Shown here: in pieces, positions 17,454 to 25,250 of the stretch
How the letters are laid out: every line of letters begins with the position of its first letter
How positions within the stretch are numbered: position 1 is the first letter of the stretch
Source of the DNA: an uncultured Alphaproteobacteria bacterium
Lineage (GTDB): Bacteria > Pseudomonadota > Alphaproteobacteria > Rs-D84
Reading direction: 5' to 3'
Assembly (NCBI GenBank): GCA_944389265.1
Contig: CALXLS010000003.1
Coordinates: forward strand, 57,657-121,656
Length of the DNA: 64,000 nt
Position numbers and translations under genes: made by a program
The notes under the pieces: model-generated
The model's input: the letters and a program-made list of their open reading frames with translations, nothing else
What the model was told of the DNA's origin: nothing
Databases searched by the model: none

Positions 17454-18374
17454 ATGAAAAACAAAATAGACAATATCTTACTTGGAATATTGTGGTTAAT
17501 TGCCGTCACTCTGGGGGCAAGTTTTTGGTTTAACACAATATTCGGGTTTAATATTTTTTCATTACAGCACTGGGAATATTTATCTTATTTACAAGCAGCA
17601 AAATCCCCTATAGATTCAAAGTTTTATGTATCTCTTGTTATTACAATATTCGTAATGCTATTTGGTTTATATACCATTGTACGACCAAAAATACGTAAAA
17701 TAAAACTCCCCAAAATACATACCACATCTAATAATGCGCCTATTAAATCAGAAAAAAAGGATACGCCGATTGATGATGCATCAACATTAGACATTCTACC
17801 TGCAGAGATGCCAATCATCCCCCATCAACAACCTATTCCTAGTGTTTCTGTTTCACGTCCACCACGTTTAAACATACCTACTTTTAACCCCACAATTCAC
17901 AGCACAGAAAACGGTGCTATGTCGCTGTCACATCTATCCACAACAAATTTGCGTCCAGCGCAAGATTATTCTGAAATCAAAGAAATATTTTCTAATGCGG
18001 GTTATATTGTCAAGCAAGACCCACGCATCAATGGTATAAAGACCAACCTATTTGCAATAGGTACAAATGAAAATCTATGGATTGGTGCGGTTGGAATAAA
18101 AACAACAGACTTACGTGGGATGATAGACAAACTATCTCAAGTATTTTCTGACACATTAGACGATATATATATAAATATAAATGGTTTTATAATAGACGCA
18201 CCAGATGCATCTACATCAGAATTCCAAGATATATTAATGTTTAAAAATATTGAAGAATTAAAAAGTTATATTCAGAACGTACCTAATCCGGCTATTCCTG
18301 ACGATGACGATGGTAATTTTGACGCATACTCCCAATACATTGACACCGTTATTAATTACATAGGGAAAATTTAA
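17454..18374 (+). CDS. Membrane protein with P/Q-rich linker and C-terminal globular domain (unknown family)
   Basis: 306 aa. Two N-terminal hydrophobic helices, a basic stretch (RPKIRKIKLPK), a P/Q/S-rich linker and a ~140-aa C-terminal domain. Stop overlaps the next start (TAATG). Confidence 0.6.
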   Translation: MKNKIDNILLGILWLIAVTLGASFWFNTIFGFNIFSLQHWEYLSYLQAAKSPIDSKFYVSLVITIFVMLFGLYTIVRPKIRKIKLPKIHTTSNNAPIKSEKKDTPIDDASTLDILPAEMPIIPHQQPIPSVSVSRPPRLNIPTFNPTIHSTENGAMSLSHLSTTNLRPAQDYSEIKEIFSNAGYIVKQDPRINGIKTNLFAIGTNENLWIGAVGIKTTDLRGMIDKLSQVFSDTLDDIYININGFIIDAPDASTSEFQDILMFKNIEELKSYIQNVPNPAIPDDDDGNFDAYSQYIDTVINYIGKI

Positions 18375-18877
18375 TGCAATTAAGTAAAGAATCCGCAGAA
18401 CAAAAATTAGCCGACATGCGAATGGAAGATATGCCAATAATAAGCATGGCTCCTATTCCTGCGCAAGTACCTTCTGATTGGTTTCAGCAATATAAAAAAC
18501 TCTGCCACGAATTTATAACAAGTTTAACAGATTCTGTTGAAGAACTTGCTTTTATGAACCTAAGCCAAGAAGAATTTATGGCATTAATAATGGGCAGGAA
18601 AATTCCTGCTAACCTATCTATAAGGTTCAGAATACCATTGGTATGGGGCGGTAAATTATCGATAGACAACCTATTTATGTGCAAAACATTTCCGCACTCA
18701 CATAACCTAGACTTATTTATAATAGACCAATATGGTAACGAAACGATATGGTTACCAAATCCAGTAAAAAAGATTTATGTTCCGGCCCACACAGCATCTG
18801 GTGGGGACGGTGGAAACGCGACAGAAGATAGACTATCACAACTAGCAGCCCAGATATCTGCTGAACGTGACATGTAA
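18374..18877 (+). CDS. Hypothetical protein with HNH / His-Me-finger-like motif
   Basis: 167 aa. RFRIPLVWGGKLSIDNLFMCKTFPHSHN has HNH-like spacing (h-h-P-x3-GG-x5-N-L...H-x-H), but Arg sits where the first His is expected. Confidence 0.55.
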   Translation: MQLSKESAEQKLADMRMEDMPIISMAPIPAQVPSDWFQQYKKLCHEFITSLTDSVEELAFMNLSQEEFMALIMGRKIPANLSIRFRIPLVWGGKLSIDNLFMCKTFPHSHNLDLFIIDQYGNETIWLPNPVKKIYVPAHTASGGDGGNATEDRLSQLAAQISAERDM

Positions 18878-18890
18878 AAAGAGAACGCTT

Positions 18891-19325
18891 ATGACCCAAG
18901 AAGAATTTTTATCCGGCATCAAGAAACAAGGCGCAACATTTGCCCCTGCAACAAACAACCAAGAAATAAGTTTATCTAACATGTCATTACAACAAATGTG
19001 TGCAGCGATGTTGCCGGCTTTTTTAATAAAAATATACGAAAAGACCGGTGGAATAAATCTTGGTAACGGCCATATTTTTGGTCCATCTGAATACACAATT
19101 GGTTCCAATTTTCCTGTTCCAAGCATAACAGAAATAAACAAATCTGTTATAAAACACGCACGTATGAGGGGTAAAACAGTATTCGGTCGAAATGATTTGT
19201 TTTGGTTTGCAGTGGATTCTTTTGGTACATGCTACATGTTAGATAATTTATCTCTAAATCCATTACGCAAATACGACGACCCTTACAAGGCATTGACAGA
19301 TTGCTTAATGGCTGGTAAAAATTAA
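18891..19325 (+). CDS. SUKH / SMI1-KNR4-like protein (putative immunity-type fold)
   Basis: LPAFLIKIYEKTGGINLGNGHIFG and FGRNDLFWFAVDSFGTCYML fit the SMI1_KNR4 pattern. An alternative start at 18867 overlaps the previous stop. Confidence 0.55.
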   Translation: MTQEEFLSGIKKQGATFAPATNNQEISLSNMSLQQMCAAMLPAFLIKIYEKTGGINLGNGHIFGPSEYTIGSNFPVPSITEINKSVIKHARMRGKTVFGRNDLFWFAVDSFGTCYMLDNLSLNPLRKYDDPYKALTDCLMAGKN

Positions 19326-19329
19326 AATT

Positions 19330-19536
19330 ATGAAAAAAATATCAGTTTCTTTATCAGGTCATCAAACAAGTATTTCTATGGAATCAGAATTCATAGAATG
19401 TTTACATGATATCGCAAAAGCAGAAAACAAATCTATTGCATCAATTATCACAGAAATAGATTCAAATCGAACACCTGATACCAACTTATCATCTGCAATC
19501 AGAATATGGATTCTAAATAAAATAAAAAATAAATAA
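19330..19536 (+). CDS. Ribbon-helix-helix protein (RHH_4 family)
   Basis: 68 aa. KISVSLSGHQTSISMESEFIECLHDIA...SIASIITEID...NLSSAIRIWIL matches the alphaproteobacterial RHH_4 pattern (GH.TS..LE..F...L..iA; NLSSAlR). Confidence 0.75.
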   Translation: MKKISVSLSGHQTSISMESEFIECLHDIAKAENKSIASIITEIDSNRTPDTNLSSAIRIWILNKIKNK

Positions 19537-19566
19537 TCCGCAAATTGCGACTTATTTATTTTTCTT

Positions 19567-21576
19567 TTAATTCTTTTTTCTAATTCCATAAATCAAAACA
19601 ATAGAAAATAACAATATAACAATCATCCAACCGTCACGTCCAATCAGATGATATAAAGTATCATGCGCCCCCCACACAAAACCGTCCAAAGTCCCAGCCT
19701 GCCCTATCGACAGCGAAGATATGATTTCACCATCAGAAGAAACAAACGCACTGATACCAGAATAATTAGCTCTAATAATAGGCAGGCCAGATTCAATAGC
19801 ATATCTACGCACCATATCAAGATGCTGATATGAACCTGGTGTTTTTCCAAACCAAGTATCATTTGTTATATTTATAATTGCGTCTATATGCATGTTTTCC
19901 TGGGGTTGCAAAGAATCAGAAAAAATAATTTCATAACATATTGCGGGAACGAAAGTAAAGTTTTTACTTTCCAAATTAATATTTATTATTTCTGGTCCTT
20001 TGCCCGCAGTTAATTGTCCAGGTGTAGGTATTATATCTCCTAGTGGTCTATATTCACCGAACGGCACCAAGTGCGATTTACTGTATATATTTTTTATCGT
20101 ACCTTCTGAAGAGATAACTAACATTGAATTATACATTTTACCATTATCATATGATGTTGCGCCCATTACAACATTAGAATTTAAAGCATTTGCGACAGGC
20201 ATATCGTCACCAGGCACAACGACAAAAGGATATGAAGTTTCAGGGAAAATAATTAAATCGGGTTTATTGGGTGCAGCCGCGAGCATTATCAAATTCTTTA
20301 TATTTTCTTCTGCGTTTTTTAATGCTTCTTCTCTAGAATGAGTTGCTTTCTGTACTGCACTTTGTGCAGGTTGCACAATTCTTACAATCGGCGATACATT
20401 GGTATCATTCTGAGATTTTTTTATATTATTATATCCTGCAAAAATTCCCCCAATTAATAAAACACTAAAAACGCCAAGGAGCCCCCAGCAGCATTTCGAT
20501 TTTTTATCAGTCAAGACTTCCACTATTGACGCAATCAATCCGATTATAATAAAAGTAAGTCCCAATGCCCCCCATACAGACATAGAATTTGCCAATGCGG
20601 GGAAAGGCATAGTTATATTAGCGATTGGATTCCAAGGGAAACCTGTTAAAAGCCATTCACGCAACCATAAAACAAGCGTCCAACTTACTGCGAACAAAAT
20701 CACTCTATGCACCGGAATCGTGCACATACGAGAGATTACAACAAAAGGAATTGCAAAAACAATTCCACCTAAAACACCTATTCCTATTAACCCCGGCACA
20801 GTCCACACAGCAAATTGCGCAGTCAATTCTGGTACGACATAAATAGAATGCAGCACCCACCAAAACATAGACATAGCATATGCAGCACTAAAAGGAAGCA
20901 CACGCAAAAAATCTTTTAACAAACTGTCTTTCTTATCAGCAGCGCGAACTATTATTTTATACGCCAGCGCAATCGCCAAAATTGTCGCCCACCACATATA
21001 AAAAGGTGCAAAACCTAAAGACGCAAATCCACCCAATAAAAATAAAATCAAGTATTGTTCTAAACTATTTTTACGGATTTTTAGTTTTTTTAACCAAGAA
21101 AAAATTTTTCCACCCGGACAGCACGAAGAATCGTTGCAGATAGGCAAATCCGCTTCATACGGATTTTTTATACCCAATTTTTCTAAAACACTTATTTCCT
21201 TTGTTTCCATTACAATTGCATCATCATCCTTTATATGGTCATACCCCAACAGGTGCAACACGCCATGGACTACCATATGTGCAGTATGTTCTTCTACTGT
21301 AATATTCAAATCTTTTGCTTCACGCATAACAGTATCTAGGGATATATAAATATCACCTAACAAAATATCATCACCTAGTTCAAACGACAGTACATTAGTT
21401 GGTTTATCAATATTTCTATATTGACGATTTAGTTCATGTATTTCTTTATCATCAGTTAAAATTATAGACACTTCTGATTTTTTATGTGTTGTACCTACAA
21501 CTACATTTGCAACAGCAGAAAAATCTATATTATAACGCTTCCACCTAGAATCTTTGTAATCCACATAAACATTCAT
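19567..21576 (-). CDS. Fusion protein: YbeY endoribonuclease (N-terminal) plus apolipoprotein N-acyltransferase Lnt (C-terminal)
   Basis: One uninterrupted frame. Residues ~1-150 carry HGVLHLLGYDH (YbeY zinc motif). After the linker ADLPICNDSSCCPGG come polytopic TM helices and a CN-hydrolase domain (FPETSYP..., ICYEIIF). I prefer the ATG at 21576; the track starts at the TTG at 21585. Confidence 0.85.
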   Translation of the reverse strand: MNVYVDYKDSRWKRYNIDFSAVANVVVGTTHKKSEVSIILTDDKEIHELNRQYRNIDKPTNVLSFELGDDILLGDIYISLDTVMREAKDLNITVEEHTAHMVVHGVLHLLGYDHIKDDDAIVMETKEISVLEKLGIKNPYEADLPICNDSSCCPGGKIFSWLKKLKIRKNSLEQYLILFLLGGFASLGFAPFYMWWATILAIALAYKIIVRAADKKDSLLKDFLRVLPFSAAYAMSMFWWVLHSIYVVPELTAQFAVWTVPGLIGIGVLGGIVFAIPFVVISRMCTIPVHRVILFAVSWTLVLWLREWLLTGFPWNPIANITMPFPALANSMSVWGALGLTFIIIGLIASIVEVLTDKKSKCCWGLLGVFSVLLIGGIFAGYNNIKKSQNDTNVSPIVRIVQPAQSAVQKATHSREEALKNAEENIKNLIMLAAAPNKPDLIIFPETSYPFVVVPGDDMPVANALNSNVVMGATSYDNGKMYNSMLVISSEGTIKNIYSKSHLVPFGEYRPLGDIIPTPGQLTAGKGPEIININLESKNFTFVPAICYEIIFSDSLQPQENMHIDAIINITNDTWFGKTPGSYQHLDMVRRYAIESGLPIIRANYSGISAFVSSDGEIISSLSIGQAGTLDGFVWGAHDTLYHLIGRDGWMIVILLFSIVLIYGIRKKN

Positions 21577-21588
21577 AACGCACAACCT

Positions 21589-23511
21589 TTATCCCAAATA
21601 ATTTTCATCAAAAACAAACGTATGAAAATCTAAATTTTTATTATTTTGTTTTATATTGTTTGCCGCTTGATTAAAAGCCAAAGTTTTAGATTTTTTTAAT
21701 TTCTTTTCAATTCTTGATACATCAGATTGTACTTTTTTATTACCGTTTACTACTGCTAGTTTATAGTTAGCCAAAGCACGTTCCAAATCACCCAACTGTT
21801 CGTACGCGACACCAGCATTATATTGTGCTGCCGCATATTGACTTTTATCGCCTATATCGAACAGAACCTTTCGTGCTTCTTTAACGGCTTCTTTATATTT
21901 TCCAAGTTTATTATAAACAGCCGCTAAATCATTATGCAACAAAGCATTTCCAGGATACTGCTTTATCATATTTTCAAAGCCACTGGCGGCATTTTTATAA
22001 TCACCCTGCTTAAACGCGGATAGCGATTTTTTATACATTTCATCATATCCGATTACATAAGTTTTTACTTCTACATTCTCGCGTTTTTTTATAATTTGTG
22101 CGAACTCACGATTACCAAGTTCACATTTACCTGCCTCACAAAAAGCAAGAACATCTTTAGGCAGATGATCTTTTACTTTTTTCCAATATTTTAAAGATTC
22201 GCCTTTTTCATTAACTGGATTTTTCAACCACTTTCTAAACTCTTCGTAGGTCTTTTTATTTACATGCCTATCATCTATATCACCAGTAAAGAAAGCGCTT
22301 TTCTTTTCTCCCATTAATTTAAAGAACTCATACATACCATTTGACGGGCAATCTAATAACATCTGTGGAGTAACGTCACCTGTAAACAAACCTGCCTCTA
22401 GCCAGCGGCGCCAATAGAGCCCTCTTCCACCTGCCAAGAAACCGCCAAGTTTATCTGCAGTAGAATTTTTATTTTCGTTTCCCAACCACGCTTTTCCAAA
22501 ACTTGTTGGATCTGTAATAGGATATTTTTTGAATATATTTTTTACCAAAGAATCAGGAACGGCATAACCGTATTCATCATACAATTTTCTTAATTCCCTA
22601 AATCTTTTTTGATGATTTCTATCAGATTTATTTTCTATCAACTTTGAATAAGCATTATAAATAATAGAACTCATTCCCAATGCTTCATTGGTATTATTAA
22701 TATTTATATTATCACTCGCAACATCATAGCAATATAGAACAAAATAAGTTTCACCATCTTCAAGATGCCAACGTGCCAATTCATATGCTTCATCTGTGGT
22801 TATAGGTTTTGTATCCATGGTGACGCGGGTACCATCTTTCAACATAGTAGACCCAAACCCGATTGTTGGTATCCGCTTTGAATCTAGATACGGGGTATGT
22901 AACCCTGTAGTTGTATCGATATGAACTCCCTCTTTAGCTATCAAATCCGCTATCAAGAACGGGGTTACTGGGCGCATTTTATTTAAGAACGCTGCATAAG
23001 TTCCACGTGTATTTTCTTCTACTTCTTTATCTATTTTCCATTCTTTGTATGACGCAACCGCATCTTTTCCTTCGTTTACTGCGACTTTACCACCACCTAT
23101 AACTGCAGCCAGCATAAAATACCACATTATATGCGCGGATAGATTAGGATATTTTTTTGCAAACGATTGCCATTTTTTAGGGTTACCTTTTTTATTTTTT
23201 TCAATTTTTATTTCCCCAAGTTTTTTTTCTAACTTACGCAAAAAAGCATTATCTAGGGCAATCCACCTAGTCAGTGTTAATAAAAATTGTGTACCACCTG
23301 CTGCAAGCCACCCTGCACCTTTTGCAGAACTAAGAGCAAATTTTTCTAAATCATCTTTTACATCAGCATAGTCGTCTTTTTCACCTGCTTCATTTTTAAT
23401 TTTTCTTTGTTCATCAACATAATCCACTGGATTTGTTTTTTCTATAGCCTGGCGCAATTTTTTTGCCAGCAATTCTGGTTTTGCGACAAATTTTCTAAAC
23501 TTTTCAGTCAT
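21589..23511 (-). CDS. Large membrane-associated protein with GH24 lysozyme-like domain and C-terminal TPR repeats
   Basis: 640 aa. Hydrophobic segments near residues 65-90 and 125-145. IAKEGVH...YLDSKRIPTIGFGST resembles the T4/lambda-type lysozyme E...D-x5-T-IG-G motif. About 3 TPRs near the C-terminus (YKNAASGFENMIKQYPGN..., YKEAVKEARKVL..., LERALANYKLAV). Confidence 0.7.
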   Translation of the reverse strand: MTEKFRKFVAKPELLAKKLRQAIEKTNPVDYVDEQRKIKNEAGEKDDYADVKDDLEKFALSSAKGAGWLAAGGTQFLLTLTRWIALDNAFLRKLEKKLGEIKIEKNKKGNPKKWQSFAKKYPNLSAHIMWYFMLAAVIGGGKVAVNEGKDAVASYKEWKIDKEVEENTRGTYAAFLNKMRPVTPFLIADLIAKEGVHIDTTTGLHTPYLDSKRIPTIGFGSTMLKDGTRVTMDTKPITTDEAYELARWHLEDGETYFVLYCYDVASDNININNTNEALGMSSIIYNAYSKLIENKSDRNHQKRFRELRKLYDEYGYAVPDSLVKNIFKKYPITDPTSFGKAWLGNENKNSTADKLGGFLAGGRGLYWRRWLEAGLFTGDVTPQMLLDCPSNGMYEFFKLMGEKKSAFFTGDIDDRHVNKKTYEEFRKWLKNPVNEKGESLKYWKKVKDHLPKDVLAFCEAGKCELGNREFAQIIKKRENVEVKTYVIGYDEMYKKSLSAFKQGDYKNAASGFENMIKQYPGNALLHNDLAAVYNKLGKYKEAVKEARKVLFDIGDKSQYAAAQYNAGVAYEQLGDLERALANYKLAVVNGNKKVQSDVSRIEKKLKKSKTLAFNQAANNIKQNNKNLDFHTFVFDENYLG

Positions 23512-23524
23512 TTATAAAGCCTCA

Positions 23525-23890
23525 TTATTTATTTTTACCAAGTCCCGTTTTTTTTGCAATTTTCGAACGTTTTGCAGAATATTTAGGTGCGACAAAAGGG
23601 TAATCATCCGGCAAGCCCCATTTTTCACGATATTGTTGGGGCGTTAAATTAAACTTTCTTTTCACATAACGCCGCAACATAACATGCCAAGTACCATCTT
23701 CCAGGCACTGAATTTTATCAGGTTGAACAGAATCAACGATTTGTTGCGGTGTAACAGAAGTACCCCTCAAAGTTTCTCTTGCTGCTTTAACCGCTGCCTC
23801 CATTGTAAGTGACGGATTAGCAGCGATCGCCGCAGCGGCTAAATTAGCCACAGCCAATGTAAATTCAGAATTTTTATTACTATTTACCAA
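23525..23890 (-). CDS. MucR/Ros-family transcriptional regulator (degenerate zinc site)
   Basis: 121 aa. LTPQQYREKWGLPDDYPFVAPKYSAKRSKIAKKTGLG is the Ros/MucR signature. The zinc-finger region reads CLEDG...RRYVKRKF. Confidence 0.85.
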   Translation of the reverse strand: MVNSNKNSEFTLAVANLAAAAIAANPSLTMEAAVKAARETLRGTSVTPQQIVDSVQPDKIQCLEDGTWHVMLRRYVKRKFNLTPQQYREKWGLPDDYPFVAPKYSAKRSKIAKKTGLGKNK

Positions 23891-23969
23891 TTGCGAAACT
23901 CTTGTTTATTTAATACAATCCATTATATCACAAATAAACCATAAATAAAATTTAAGTAAAACTTATTAT

Positions 23970-25250
23970 ATGCAAACCGAAAATCGTCCTCTTGCTGATT
24001 TGATGCGCCCTGCGACAATAGATGATATCGTAGGTCAAACCCAATTACTTGGTGAAAATGGTCTTGTTCGTCGAATGGTAGACAACCATAAATTATCAAA
24101 TTTAATTTTATGGGGTCCCCCAGGATGCGGGAAAACAACGATTGCACGTGCACTTGCAAAATCTGTAGATATGGACTTTGTTCCGATGTCTGCGGTATTT
24201 TCTGGTACTGCAGACATAAAAAAGGCAATGGAAGCCGCGAAAATGAATCTTGAAATCGGCAGAAACACGCTATTATTCATAGACGAAATTCATCGTTTTA
24301 ATAAGACTCAACAAGATACATTATTGCCTTATTTAGAAGACGGTACAGTAGTATTTATGGGTGCAACTACAGAAAACCCTAGTTTTAATTTAAATAATGC
24401 ATTGCTATCGCGTTGCCATATAGGGGTATTACAAGCATTATCTACAGAAGACTTGATGACCTTAATGGAACGAGCCGAAAAATTCTTAGACAAGAAATTA
24501 CCCTTAGACGAATCGGCACGCATACATCTTGCCCAAATGGCAGATGGTGATGCCAGATTTTTATTAAATACCGTTGAATATTTATTATCTGCAAATTTTA
24601 AAAAGAAATTAAATTCAGAAGCCTTAGATAAAGCCATACAAAAACGTGCCCCACTATCAGACAAAAGTGGTGACGAACATTATAATTTAATATCAGCGGT
24701 ACATAAATCATTAAGAGCAAGTGATACAGATGCAGCATTATACTGGACCGCCCGCATGATGACATCAGGTCAAGACCCGATGTATTTATTCAGGCGATTA
24801 AGCCGGTTTGCAATGGAAGATATAGGTCTTGCTGACCCCAGCGCCATGCAAATAGCATTAAGTGCATGGCAATTATATGAACGCATGGGCAGTCCCGAAG
24901 GTGACCTTGCACTTACAGAATTAGTTATTTATTTAGGAACAGCCCCAAAAAGCACAGCAAATTATCGTGCACAAACTGCTGCGTATAGGGCAGCACAAGA
25001 CACAGGCAGTTTAATGCCACCCAAAAATATATTAAACGCCCCGACACGCATGATGAAAGAAATGGGATATGGTGCTGGTTATATATACGAACCGAATACA
25101 GAATCGGGTTTTAGTGGTCAAAATTGTTTTCCAGAAAAAATGCAAAGACAAAAATTCTATAACCCAATTGAGCGTGGTTTCGAAAGAGAAATAAAGAAAC
25201 GTTTAGAATACTGGGATTCTTTACGAGCAAAACTTAACAAGAAAAATTAA
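23970..25250 (+). CDS. rarA: Replication-associated recombination protein A (AAA+ ATPase RarA/MgsA)
   Basis: 426 aa. Walker A GPPGCGKTT, Walker B FIDEIHRFNK, and the MgsA C-terminal domain (HYNLISAVHKSLRASD, ALYW). Confidence 0.95.
   Translation: MQTENRPLADLMRPATIDDIVGQTQLLGENGLVRRMVDNHKLSNLILWGPPGCGKTTIARALAKSVDMDFVPMSAVFSGTADIKKAMEAAKMNLEIGRNTLLFIDEIHRFNKTQQDTLLPYLEDGTVVFMGATTENPSFNLNNALLSRCHIGVLQALSTEDLMTLMERAEKFLDKKLPLDESARIHLAQMADGDARFLLNTVEYLLSANFKKKLNSEALDKAIQKRAPLSDKSGDEHYNLISAVHKSLRASDTDAALYWTARMMTSGQDPMYLFRRLSRFAMEDIGLADPSAMQIALSAWQLYERMGSPEGDLALTELVIYLGTAPKSTANYRAQTAAYRAAQDTGSLMPPKNILNAPTRMMKEMGYGAGYIYEPNTESGFSGQNCFPEKMQRQKFYNPIERGFEREIKKRLEYWDSLRAKLNKKN

Noticed and set aside
21085-21100. 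A second in-phase A_AAA_AAA heptamer (TGG TTA AAA AAA CTA) in the YbeY::Lnt linker, considered as a frameshift site
   Set aside because: No open alternative frame follows it, and Lys-Lys (AAA AAA) codon pairs are frequent in this AT-rich genome. A heptamer alone is not evidence. This also tempers the 43754-43760 case, which rests on the two-frame overlap and the Met-less downstream ORF.
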